Virus record (IMG/VR): IMGVR_UViG_3300046170_000449
Span: 14,034-78,033 of that record
DNA from: a virus
Reading direction: 5' to 3' (one strand)
Length of the DNA stretch: 64,000 nt
The translations under genes were made by a program, and so were the position numbers. The notes beneath the pieces are model-generated. The model was not told the DNA's origin. It saw only the letters and a program-made list of their open reading frames with translations, and did not search any database. Within the stretch, counting starts at the first letter, position 1. Every line of letters begins with the position of its first letter. This document shows positions 39,426 to 48,964 of the stretch, piece after piece.

Positions 39426-40277
39426 TTAAATTAAACTAGGGTCGTACATTTCCTCACGAGCAGGATTAGAGTAGTATTCATTTACTACTTTAAGCCACTT
39501 GTCTTGTGCAGAGTTCAGGTGGTTGCGTGTAATTTTAAATAACTGTGTACCTTCTGGTGTAGAGACAAGGATTGCTGCTTGTTGAACTTTCATGTTTAGT
39601 GTTTGCTCAATTCCCAAAGCGTAAGCACCAAGCTGGAGGCAACATTTATTAAATTTCATGTAGCCACCTAGACGGTTACGCCATTCAATCGAACCTTTTT
39701 CTAAATCTTTAGGCCACCATCGACAATAAGGCTTGGCACTAGTCTTCAAGTCTGCTAGGGTTAGTTTCCCATTGGCAACGCCAATGATATCAGGCGATCC
39801 CACCCATGAATGTCCAAGTTCATTCCTGCCCCAAACACGTCCCACTTCATCTGAAGATAAACAATACTGGTGATGGTCGTACAAAGGTGTTTCGGCCCAG
39901 ATCACTTCCTCGAACTGGTCGAGCATTGGCTCCATACCTGTCCAAAAATCTGAATACTCAGGCGGAACATTCACTTCTTCTTTCTTCAGGTACATCTCCA
40001 TACAGCTATGTATCGCAGTACCACGTTCTGCTGCAGCTTCTTTGACACCAGGATTATTCTTAGACCACATCTCCAATTTTTTCTTATTGGCTTCGGATGC
40101 GGTCTCTGAAATAATGGTGGTTACTGATGGAGTTGGCTTTGTACCAAAGGGATTATGGTAGTGACGCTTGCCATTTAAAACAATCCTTGCGTCCTTGTCG
40201 TTTATTTGGTCGTAGACCTCAGGGCTAGATTGATAAATTTCGTAAGGACTTGGTAAAGGAGTATTGATTTCCATCAA
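39426..40277 (-). CDS. PD-(D/E)XK exonuclease
   Basis: PSVTTII, RGTAIH, GSPD, LADLKTS, QLGAYA. Confidence 0.85.
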   Translation of the reverse strand: MMEINTPLPSPYEIYQSSPEVYDQINDKDARIVLNGKRHYHNPFGTKPTPSVTTIISETASEANKKKLEMWSKNNPGVKEAAAERGTAIHSCMEMYLKKEEVNVPPEYSDFWTGMEPMLDQFEEVIWAETPLYDHHQYCLSSDEVGRVWGRNELGHSWVGSPDIIGVANGKLTLADLKTSAKPYCRWWPKDLEKGSIEWRNRLGGYMKFNKCCLQLGAYALGIEQTLNMKVQQAAILVSTPEGTQLFKITRNHLNSAQDKWLKVVNEYYSNPAREEMYDPSLI

Positions 40278-40282
40278 TAGAT

Positions 40283-41044
40283 GTGTATATTGATTTAAGT
40301 ATACACAAAAAAATGAAAAAAATAGAACTAATTGCAGTCCCCGTTATGGTTCAAGGCGAGAAGTTGCTGCGCCATATCAAAACAATTGACGTTCCGTTGA
40401 AGCGTTACTACATCCTGGACAATTCAGAAGGTAAAGATCCTAGTGTTGACGAGGCTATTGATGAGATCTGCAATAACCATCCAGAGAATATCGATGAGAT
40501 TGTAATCGTTTCCAACAACCAGAACTCTGGTTACCCCGGCGCAGTAAATCAAATCATACGTGACAATACTGATTGTGCACACTGGTTAGTAAGTGGGTTC
40601 GACTGGTGGGCAGCCCCAGGGCAGTATAAGAAAGTATTAGAAAAATTACCATCATTACAGAATGGTGCGTTCCTTGGCACAGGTGATGACTCAATGTGTG
40701 GCTTTCTCTTCACTAAAAAATTAATCAGAACAGTGGGATACCTAGACGAAAACTTTTTCCCTGGTTATTTTGAGGACAATGACTACAAACGACGCATTCA
40801 AGTAGCCAATATCCAAGTACCAACCGTTCAGCTTGACGCTGAACATGAGCGATCAAGTACATTAAATAGCTCAGAACAATTTAAGAAACGAAATCAATTT
40901 ACTTTTCAACAGAATTTCAGCTACTATGTGAATAAATGGGGTGGTAAACCCAATGAAGAAATCTATGTCAGACCTTTCAATCAACCCGTTGGACTTGACT
41001 ACTGGAAGTTTGACCCAGAGCGAAGAGAAAAAAGCCGTTGGTGA
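40283..41044 (+). CDS. Glycosyltransferase family 2
   Basis: ILDN, N.GYPGAVN, VGYLDENFFPGYFEDNDY. Confidence 0.85.
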   Translation: MYIDLSIHKKMKKIELIAVPVMVQGEKLLRHIKTIDVPLKRYYILDNSEGKDPSVDEAIDEICNNHPENIDEIVIVSNNQNSGYPGAVNQIIRDNTDCAHWLVSGFDWWAAPGQYKKVLEKLPSLQNGAFLGTGDDSMCGFLFTKKLIRTVGYLDENFFPGYFEDNDYKRRIQVANIQVPTVQLDAEHERSSTLNSSEQFKKRNQFTFQQNFSYYVNKWGGKPNEEIYVRPFNQPVGLDYWKFDPERREKSRW

Positions 41045-42194
41045 AAAGATCTTATTGAATTTAGGGCTGCAACCCTTGGTAAATAACCTTTGCCTTGGGT
41101 CTGCTGCTGCTATTGCTGCTAAAAAGTATCCTCTTTGCGCAACAATTACTGATGATTTAGAAATCAAATTGAATCATGAGGTACCTAGCGATGAGCTATA
41201 TGGTAACTACCTTTACTTCAGCGGCATTAGTTCACCCTACATAAATCATTGTCGTCTTCTATGGCATAAAGTAAAACATCTAAAGCATGACACAATCTTA
41301 GACATTGGCGGTAACGATGGTACTTTGCTTCGTGCATTGCAATCACAATCGGATGACAAGTTAAATCTATATAACGTAGATGCTTGCAAGACTTTCCGTC
41401 CAATGAATGAAAGCAGTGGGATTAATTTTGTTAATGATTACTTCAGCAAAGATACAGAGGTGCCAAAAGCAAATCTAATCTTCACTACAAATGCTTTCCA
41501 GCACACACCTGATGCAGAAAAATTTGTGGAGGGCATTGCCGAAAAGCTAGATGGCACCTGGATTCTTGAGTTTCCTTACACCTTACGTACTATTCAGACT
41601 CTACAGTTTGATCAGTTCTACCACGAGCATTATTACTACTGGCTAGTAAAACCCTTAAAAAAATTATTCTCCCAATATGGGTTAAATATCTATCACGCTG
41701 AAGAAGTAGATATCCATGGTGGATCAATGCGTCTTTGGGTAACCAATAAAGATATCTATGGCAATACAGAAGCTACTGAAAAGTTTATCAAAGAAGAAGA
41801 AGCATTTAATTACAAAGATTTCTACGGGCTCTGTATCCAAAAGATGATGGAGGACTACCTCTTCCTAACTAAATTAGAAGGTAAGACTGTTTTCTTTGGT
41901 GCAGCTGCTAAGGGTTGTGTCTATCTAAATGCTTTGAAAACATATGGTTTGTTGCGTGAAAATTCGTATGTAGTTGACGATACGTTTGCTAAGCAAGGTA
42001 AGTTTATTCCAGGAACCGGAATGAAAGTACAGCCACGAGAATTTTTCTTAGCTGATGAGCCAGAGAATATTGTCATCCTTGCCCATAACTTTGCTGGTTA
42101 TATCACTCAATCATTACGGAGTGACGGTTACAAAGGTCGCATCATTGTGATGCTCCCTTCTATTTACATTGATCAACTTGATGATCACCAATGA
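40941..42194 (+). CDS. NDP-sugar C-methyltransferase-like protein
   Basis: LGLQPLVN, LDIGGNDGTLL, FDQFYHEH, IHGGSMR, FGAAAKG, KQGKFIPGT; exact start uncertain. Confidence 0.85.
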   Translation: MVNPMKKSMSDLSINPLDLTTGSLTQSEEKKAVGEKILLNLGLQPLVNNLCLGSAAAIAAKKYPLCATITDDLEIKLNHEVPSDELYGNYLYFSGISSPYINHCRLLWHKVKHLKHDTILDIGGNDGTLLRALQSQSDDKLNLYNVDACKTFRPMNESSGINFVNDYFSKDTEVPKANLIFTTNAFQHTPDAEKFVEGIAEKLDGTWILEFPYTLRTIQTLQFDQFYHEHYYYWLVKPLKKLFSQYGLNIYHAEEVDIHGGSMRLWVTNKDIYGNTEATEKFIKEEEAFNYKDFYGLCIQKMMEDYLFLTKLEGKTVFFGAAAKGCVYLNALKTYGLLRENSYVVDDTFAKQGKFIPGTGMKVQPREFFLADEPENIVILAHNFAGYITQSLRSDGYKGRIIVMLPSIYIDQLDDHQ

Positions 42195-43480
42195 AAAAGC
42201 TAGCTATTTTTTATCATGTATACCCTGGAACAAACTGGGAAGAAATATTCCAATCCCAGATTGGTGCTCTATTGGTCTCAGGTTTATTTCATGCAGCTAC
42301 TCATATCCATCTTGGTATTAATGGTGATAGCGATATTATTCCTAGCTTCTTTGCCGGAAAATATCCTCAGATTGTTGTCAAAGAAAACGATAACAAGTTT
42401 GAAGAGACTGATACCTTAAAGGCTTTGTATGAGTACAGCAAAGAAAACTCTGGTCACTACGTCTTATACATGCATACTAAAGGAGCTTCAAGACAAACCA
42501 GATATACAGAAGACTGGCGTCTTTTAATGGAGTACTTTTGTATTCATCAATGGCGACAAGCTACTAAAGCTTTATCCGAGGGCTACGAAACAGCTGGTGT
42601 TAATTGGCAGGAAGATACAAGCATGGGATATCACCCACATTATTCTGGCGGCTTTTGGTGGGCAAAGTGTTCTTACATTGCAGCGTGTGCTGATGTGAAA
42701 TATTTACAGCATCCCCTCCGTTTTATGCGAGAGTTTTTTGTTGGTAGTGGAAAGCCTAAAGCTAAAAATCTTTGGGAGTCTAATCTAAATAAAAAAGATA
42801 TTGCCATGCATTATGTCCAACCTTACTCAAAAAAGATATATAGTAGAAACTATCTAAATGATCAACAACTAATGAGTGCACCAGCCTGGGAAACCCCGAG
42901 TGAAACTATCGTTAAAATCTTAAAAGATTGTGATGTACATGGATTTGAAAGTGAAGGAGGCACTGACAAAAATACATTACACAATTTCACGGGCATTTAC
43001 CATTACCTTCTAGATCAGTATCGCGACAGCAAAGGACGTTTACTTGAGATCGGTGTTCAGCATGGGGGATCTTCGCTTTGTTGGCATGAGTATTTAAAGG
43101 AATTTCATCTTGATCTTGTTGACATTCAAGACATTGTGCCAGATAAAATTTGGCATAACATGGATCCAGAACGCTATGAATTCTATCTAGCTGATGCCTA
43201 TACCAAGTCAGCTATCGAAGTGTTCAGTGAATTTAAATACGATGTCATCATTGATGATGGTCCGCATTCATTACATACCCAGCAATTCACAGTTGCAAAT
43301 TACTTCAATCTTCTGAGGCCAGGTGGAGTGTTAATCATTGAAGATATTCAAAACGTTCACCACTTAACATTGCTTACCGAAACCTTGGAAGAAAAAGACA
43401 GAAAAGGTGTACGAATCTTTGATGTACGTGAAACTAAAGGTAGGTATGATGACTTAATTTGGGCTGTGGTTAAAGAATAA
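42191..43480 (+). CDS. Glycosyltransferase-like domain fused to class I SAM methyltransferase
   Basis: VLYMHTKG, HYSGGFWWAK; GTDK, LLEIGV..GGS, DVIIDDGPH, PGGVLIIED. Confidence 0.8.
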   Translation: MKKLAIFYHVYPGTNWEEIFQSQIGALLVSGLFHAATHIHLGINGDSDIIPSFFAGKYPQIVVKENDNKFEETDTLKALYEYSKENSGHYVLYMHTKGASRQTRYTEDWRLLMEYFCIHQWRQATKALSEGYETAGVNWQEDTSMGYHPHYSGGFWWAKCSYIAACADVKYLQHPLRFMREFFVGSGKPKAKNLWESNLNKKDIAMHYVQPYSKKIYSRNYLNDQQLMSAPAWETPSETIVKILKDCDVHGFESEGGTDKNTLHNFTGIYHYLLDQYRDSKGRLLEIGVQHGGSSLCWHEYLKEFHLDLVDIQDIVPDKIWHNMDPERYEFYLADAYTKSAIEVFSEFKYDVIIDDGPHSLHTQQFTVANYFNLLRPGGVLIIEDIQNVHHLTLLTETLEEKDRKGVRIFDVRETKGRYDDLIWAVVKE

Positions 43481-43585
43481 TCTTTGCTAACTAGTTAAAC
43501 TATTGGTAGCCCCAACGTCGACGGGGTTTTCCATCCTAGTTACAGACACGTCTCGCAAGTTAAACGGTTACACGGAAGTATCAAG

Positions 43586-43609
43586 GAGCCTTAGTCGGCT
43601 CTTTTTTTT
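43586..43609 (+). terminator. Rho-independent terminator
   Basis: GAGCC-TTAGTC-GGCTC followed by T8. Confidence 0.8.
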
Positions 43610-43610
43610 G

Positions 43611-44153
43611 TTAGTTACATCTTAGGCAGGCTTTAATTTGCCAAGCTGCAGTGAAACAATCTTCAATAATTTCACCACAGTAATTTTCAATATCAAAAGC
43701 ATCCATCTTAGACGCTAGTTTAGCTACGTCTTTCGCACACATACCAAAAGCTTCTAAGTTTTCGTAGTAAGTTATAAGCATGGCAGTACCTTCATATGCT
43801 TTAATATGTTGAAACTTTTTACAAGAACCAAGCAAACCTTTACCACACATCGGCATAAGAAAATCAAGAGACCGTGTAAGTTCCCCGAGTCTGTCAAGTT
43901 GTTTCTGGTGTTTTTTATATTGTTCCTTGGTAAATTGGTGAACGCCAAAGAAGTTACCACCTTCAAAATTCAAATGTACGAGGTGAGATTGCAAAATCAA
44001 CTGAGCAGCAAAGCCAGACAACTGGATGAGTTCATTAGCCAGTCTGCTTACGGGTTCCTTTTTACTTTGGGGTTGTGGTTGATAGGATACTTTTTCTGGC
44101 TGCCTTTCAGGAGCGGATTGCGTTGGTTCAACAGGAGCAGCAGTAAAGACCAT
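43611..44153 (-). CDS. Dps/ferritin-like protein
   Basis: SHLVHLNFEGGNFFGVHQFTKEQY.....QLDRLGE..R; AWQI at the C-terminus. Confidence 0.7.
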   Translation of the reverse strand: MVFTAAPVEPTQSAPERQPEKVSYQPQPQSKKEPVSRLANELIQLSGFAAQLILQSHLVHLNFEGGNFFGVHQFTKEQYKKHQKQLDRLGELTRSLDFLMPMCGKGLLGSCKKFQHIKAYEGTAMLITYYENLEAFGMCAKDVAKLASKMDAFDIENYCGEIIEDCFTAAWQIKACLRCN

Positions 44154-44318
44154 TTTCTTATTTATTTGTTATTCTTTATTCTAAACTAGAATTATATCTG
44201 ATAAAAAACAATGTCACATGTGTGGTACGGCAATACGATTATTCCTTTTCGTTATATTGTTAATCCAATTAATGCAAACATCGAACCATCAGCTGATTGG
44301 GAAGAAGTTACAAGATAA

Positions 44319-44543
44319 ATGCATCTATCACAGAAAGAAAAAGTGTTAATTAGCTTTCTGGGTATTATTTTTTCAGCCCAGATCATTCTCTACGGGATTG
44401 GTCTGGCTTATTGCATGCGTACTGGTGGATTAAATGCATGTCCTGATATCGGAAAAAGAGGAGAGATAATGTTTGCAGGAATGACCGCTACAGTATTAGC
44501 ATTAATAACAAACATTGGCACTGGTGGACAAACACCAAAGTAA
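44319..44543 (+). CDS. Small membrane protein
   Basis: Two hydrophobic helices. Confidence 0.5.
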   Translation: MHLSQKEKVLISFLGIIFSAQIILYGIGLAYCMRTGGLNACPDIGKRGEIMFAGMTATVLALITNIGTGGQTPK

Positions 44544-45992
44544 ACTAATGGACAAACATACAAAAGAAAATTGGGCAAAAGTAAAGGCGGCCTTGAAGAC
44601 CGCCAATAAAACAGACACTTACTTTTATAAACGTGCTGTAGTTATTTGTGAAGGAGGATTAGATCCTTTAGAAAAAAGAACTAAGATCATTTAAGATTTG
44701 TTGTTCACTAGCGTGCCAGTCTTGTTGATTCTTAATGGCTTGTTTAAACGCCTGGTAAATTTCTCCACCAGTCAAACCTTCTTTGTTCTTTGAACGTTCA
44801 ACAAACGTACAAATAGTATCTTCAAAACATTCAATACAACTTTTGTATTGGTGTTCGAAGTTATTGGAGGTTGTAGTCATCAGTCGTGGAGATTAGGTAC
44901 GAAGGGTTGAGTGCAGGTTTCATCTTTGCAAGGTTCTTCTGGCAAAGGTAATGTTTCTAGCTGGCGCAGATCAGTCTGTTCAATAAATTTTTTGATGGCT
45001 TGCTGCTGCTCAAACCACATGGCCTTGCAGTAAGGGCCAGCTTCTTCCATACAAAACTCTTGCCAAAGACCTGTATACAAACCATTGGTACGACCTGAGT
45101 AGTCATACATGTGATCCATAAAGACAGTTCGTTGGTTTTGTTCATGGATGTTCCAAGTAGCCAGGTATTTTTCTTCAGACATTTGAATCAGATAGAGTAA
45201 CGTTTTCTATTGTAGAGAAGATGCCTTCGATTTCATCCTCTCGAAACTCTTTTAAGATTTCATGCAGATCCGTTTGAAGTAAGTCTGCATACTCTTCTGG
45301 TGTACGACCTTTGAAAGGGTTGTACTTACACTCGAAGTCTAAAGAAAATCGAACGTTAACAATGGGGTTGGTCACAGGTAGTTAAAAAGACTTTTAGATT
45401 ATAGGCTTAATCAATCAAACGTTCAAGCGAATGGATCTTTGCATTTTGATATTCGCCTAACTTAGCTTGAATGATGTTGGCATAGTTAATAGCAGCTTCT
45501 ACAATTTCCTCAGCATCTAATGAAGCTGAGATATTTGCATTAGCTAGCAAGCCAGCAACTAACGTTGTGACTTGCCACTCTTGTTTGGAACCGACTAAAG
45601 CAGGAAGAGGAGTACCACCTTGGGTTAGATTATCGAGAATGTAATAGATGTGTTGTTCGTAATCTTTGGACGTCATGATGATACCCTTTTCTTTACTTTA
45701 TCATCCTTCGACAAAGAACCAGTATGCACGAGATGCATTCTTGTGATAACGTTTCGCATTAATTAATTTAATACGACGCTCTTGCAAGTGTTGGATTTTG
45801 TTTTGATTGTAAGGTACCTCTTGATCTTCTTCAAGAGTTAACTCAGCATTCAATACATCCATCTGTAGTTCGATATCTTCTACTGCATGTTCATGACACT
45901 GTTGTTTAATTTCAGCATCTTCTTTGCTAGTAGGAATTTCTAATGTTGCATAAAAGTTTTTCTGTAAAGAAGGATGGAACTTATTCCAAGAA

Positions 45993-46640
45993 TTAGTCTT
46001 TGTCATTAAGGATTCTTTTGGTTCTGATTTGATAGTTTTGTTTGACTGAGACCCCAGGGGGTAATTGTTTCCCATGGGTGTGACTTTCAAGGATGGACTC
46101 GACATTCGGTATACATCGATATTTGGTTTTTTCATCTTTCCGTAAGATTGTACTGCCATCAGATGATCTACAAATAGTAGTGGTTGTGATCTCTTCTACG
46201 ATACTGTATTCAGATTGTTCTTGTGCAGACCAATCTTCAATAGAAGAACTTACTTTAACAGTAGGTTGCGCATTGGGAATCACATGGTAGACGTATTTGT
46301 TACCAGTGAGTTTGTTTCCATCAGCGAAACCTCTTCGTCTAACTTCTGACAAAATAGATTTGAGTGCTGCAATCTCTGCTTTGTGGTGTTTCAAAGCAGC
46401 ATCAAGAAGTTTCTTTTCTTCTTGTCCTACCTCAATTAGTTTTTCATGCTTAGTAATGTGGTAGTGAATCCCATCTAATTTAGTAGAACGTAGATGAGCA
46501 CACGCTTCAAGCTCGGCTAGGGCTAGCTCTTGCGACTCTTGTGTTAGTAGTGAAAGACTACTAGTAAGAGCTGAGTAATGCTTGTATAGCTCAAAGGTGT
46601 TGAGCTTATCAAGTTTGGTGTGAGTGATTTGAGTCATCAA
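45993..46640 (-). CDS. Siphovirus Gp157-like protein
   Basis: KLDGIHY coiled coil; C-terminal GKQLPPGV. Confidence 0.55.
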   Translation of the reverse strand: MMTQITHTKLDKLNTFELYKHYSALTSSLSLLTQESQELALAELEACAHLRSTKLDGIHYHITKHEKLIEVGQEEKKLLDAALKHHKAEIAALKSILSEVRRRGFADGNKLTGNKYVYHVIPNAQPTVKVSSSIEDWSAQEQSEYSIVEEITTTTICRSSDGSTILRKDEKTKYRCIPNVESILESHTHGKQLPPGVSVKQNYQIRTKRILNDKD

Positions 46641-46754
46641 AATAAAGAGGTAACGTAGTTCATAGCCATAGCAACACCAAAGGCTACTAGACCAGAGACA
46701 ACTTCAGCTACAAAGTTGCCAGTAATAGATGCAAAGAAAGAGAACATGAGTTAG

Positions 46755-47693
46755 TTACTTGGTTTTGAATGCGTGTGAGATGTGGCCGAGAGCTGTAAGA
46801 GGGAATGGAACAAAGCTATTACCCAGCATGTTGTCCAACAGATTCCATGCATCTTGTTGGGTATAGGTGGTGTCCTTGTTATAGAGACGCCACTTATCTA
46901 GTGTAGCCATTTGACCAGCTCTTGTGTAGATCACTTGGAAATGACCGTACTGTTCGTTGGCACCAGGTGGTGTGTAGTGCCAAGCCGTTGTGTTAGATGC
47001 AACGTTACCTCTGGACGCTTCGATCAATTCACTGCGCTTCACACAGTATTCACGAAACTTTCTGTGATAAGCAATGTGCTTACAGATGGGCTGGTACCCT
47101 GGGATCTCTTTTCTAATCTCAGCTAGATGCTGTGACTGTTGTTGGAATGAACCACAGTTGCAATAAGGAAGAGTCTTTTCAGCTACATCTTCTTCTGCTG
47201 GTAGCTCTTCTTCAGTACCAATTGTAACCTCCTTCTGGCCTTTGACTCGGCCATCAGGAGAAACTATGTAGCCTAAGTTGTATTCGTTTAATACATTTGT
47301 AATCTTTTCTTCGGAATCTAACAAGGAAAACTTGTCAGCCCATCGGTACTGTGCTTGAGTTTGAAACAAACGTTCCGCTCCCTTTTGGGAATACAACCAA
47401 CCTTTGAACAGAATATAGCAATTGTTTCTCCAGATGCTAGGCCCACGATAGTTAGGACCAAGGTAAGAGAAAAAGTCTGGAACACGAGACGTAAACTCTT
47501 GGAAGGCATTACGAATCAAAGCAGCATTGTACTTTTGACTTGACCCATCATGTCGCACGACAAGAATGTTATCGTGTTGTTTGTGGATGCTTGCGATTTC
47601 AGTGTCATCAAACTCAGGAAAAGCACGCCTTATGTTTGATACAGAATAGATTAGTGCTTGTGCACTGTTCTTTTCAAGTAGTTGATTAGTCAT
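46755..47693 (-). CDS. SWIM Zn-finger protein
   Basis: YCNCGSF...ICKHI. Confidence 0.65.
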   Translation of the reverse strand: MTNQLLEKNSAQALIYSVSNIRRAFPEFDDTEIASIHKQHDNILVVRHDGSSQKYNAALIRNAFQEFTSRVPDFFSYLGPNYRGPSIWRNNCYILFKGWLYSQKGAERLFQTQAQYRWADKFSLLDSEEKITNVLNEYNLGYIVSPDGRVKGQKEVTIGTEEELPAEEDVAEKTLPYCNCGSFQQQSQHLAEIRKEIPGYQPICKHIAYHRKFREYCVKRSELIEASRGNVASNTTAWHYTPPGANEQYGHFQVIYTRAGQMATLDKWRLYNKDTTYTQQDAWNLLDNMLGNSFVPFPLTALGHISHAFKTK

Positions 47694-47719
47694 GTAGAAT
47701 AAAATTAAAATTTGAACAA

Positions 47720-47935
47720 ATGCTCAACTTCAAAGAATCACCCGAAGAAGAGTTTTGGAAAATAAAGATGAAGCGTTACATTGATGAATGCCATTCAAAG
47801 AGTGAGTTGAAACAAATAGCAGCAATGCTTGTGGACATTGCTGCTACAAGACAGTGTGTTATCAAAGGCCTAGTTAAAGATACCCTTGATAACATGCACT
47901 CGCATTTAAATTACAGACGTGAGTCTGCACCATAG
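47720..47935 (+). CDS. NblA-like protein (tentative)
   Basis: SPEEEFWKIKMKRYI......ELKQIA..L......RQ.VIKGL. Confidence 0.45.
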   Translation: MLNFKESPEEEFWKIKMKRYIDECHSKSELKQIAAMLVDIAATRQCVIKGLVKDTLDNMHSHLNYRRESAP

Positions 47936-48906
47936 CTGTCTTTGCTTGCGGCTGGTAGTGCAGTGACTACTTCCGCTTCAATTGTACGGGACTGAGGAAG
48001 GATTAAAACTCCTTCTTGGATTCCGTACGAACCACCAAGGCGACTAGCATCCTGCCTGGAATGCTGGTTGATGTAATCGCTGTACATCTCTTGGTATTTC
48101 CAGGTTGATTCACGATCTTCATCGGGGATTGAAAGATTACCAAGTGAGGTGAGTGCTGAGTCATTGTCTGAGTAATCAGGAATGTCAAAGGACTCAACAG
48201 CGCAGATCTCTACGTTGTTACTGCCTCTCATGTCACTAGTTAACGTAGGACAAAAGATTGTAGTAGCAAAGAACTGTTCGTTGTACTGCATAGGCACTTC
48301 AGTATCAAGTGCTTTAGATAAACACTTAGACATTTCTTTTTCAAAGAGGCGAATCTTCTCTGAAATATCAGTGCCATTTAATCCTTTCAAGGTAAGAACA
48401 ATAGGAATCTTGTGAGCCCTTTTGTTTTCCTTTGTCAGGATATAAATGAGGTACTTAGTACGTACACTGTACTTACGTTTGTACATCTCATTCTTGCTAG
48501 CTGCAAGATCAGCAGCTGCTTTGTCTGCTTCAAACAGTTCTTTAACTGAATCGTTTTCAAAGGTACCGATGATTTGACGCATACCAAATTGCTGTTCAAC
48601 CATAAGAGGTGAACGCAATAAGACTTGAACACGTGGAGTTTGGAAGTTTAAACCAAGTTCTTTTGATGTGTTCGGTGGCATTCCAAAGGTTTGTTCGTAG
48701 TCAAAGATGACTGAACCCTTATCAAAATCAGATTCAAATGCAGTCCAGCCACAGTTCTCTAACTCTGATTTACGAATAAACCAACCACGTTTCTTTGATT
48801 TGTTTAGGGGTTGGATCGTAACGAGTGGTTGATAGCCACTAACAAATCGTTTGTCATTGAATAGAGCAAAGCTATCCAACGAACGTTTAGCAAGAGCTGT
48901 TGACAT
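47911..48906 (-). CDS. DUF5895-like protein (replication/recombination module)
   Basis: PRVQVLLRSPL, TKYLIYILTKENK..H.IP..LTLKG..G; start reassigned to 48906 (MSTAL). Confidence 0.55.
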   Translation of the reverse strand: MSTALAKRSLDSFALFNDKRFVSGYQPLVTIQPLNKSKKRGWFIRKSELENCGWTAFESDFDKGSVIFDYEQTFGMPPNTSKELGLNFQTPRVQVLLRSPLMVEQQFGMRQIIGTFENDSVKELFEADKAAADLAASKNEMYKRKYSVRTKYLIYILTKENKRAHKIPIVLTLKGLNGTDISEKIRLFEKEMSKCLSKALDTEVPMQYNEQFFATTIFCPTLTSDMRGSNNVEICAVESFDIPDYSDNDSALTSLGNLSIPDEDRESTWKYQEMYSDYINQHSRQDASRLGGSYGIQEGVLILPQSRTIEAEVVTALPAASKDSYGADSRL

Positions 48907-48931
48907 AGTAAAGGGGTGAGAAAGTAAACAA

Positions 48932-48963
48932 GCAAGGGACTTACACCGAATGGATGCCCTTGC
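48932..48963 (-). ncRNA. Motif A copy 1
   Basis: GCAAGG-GCATCCATTCGGTGTAAGTC-CCTTGC, 1 nt after the polA stop. Confidence 0.75.
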
Positions 48964-48964
48964 C

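Noticed and set aside
39426-40277. CRISPR-associated Cas4
   Set aside because: No Fe-S cysteine cluster and no CRISPR context; an ordinary phage PD-(D/E)XK exonuclease
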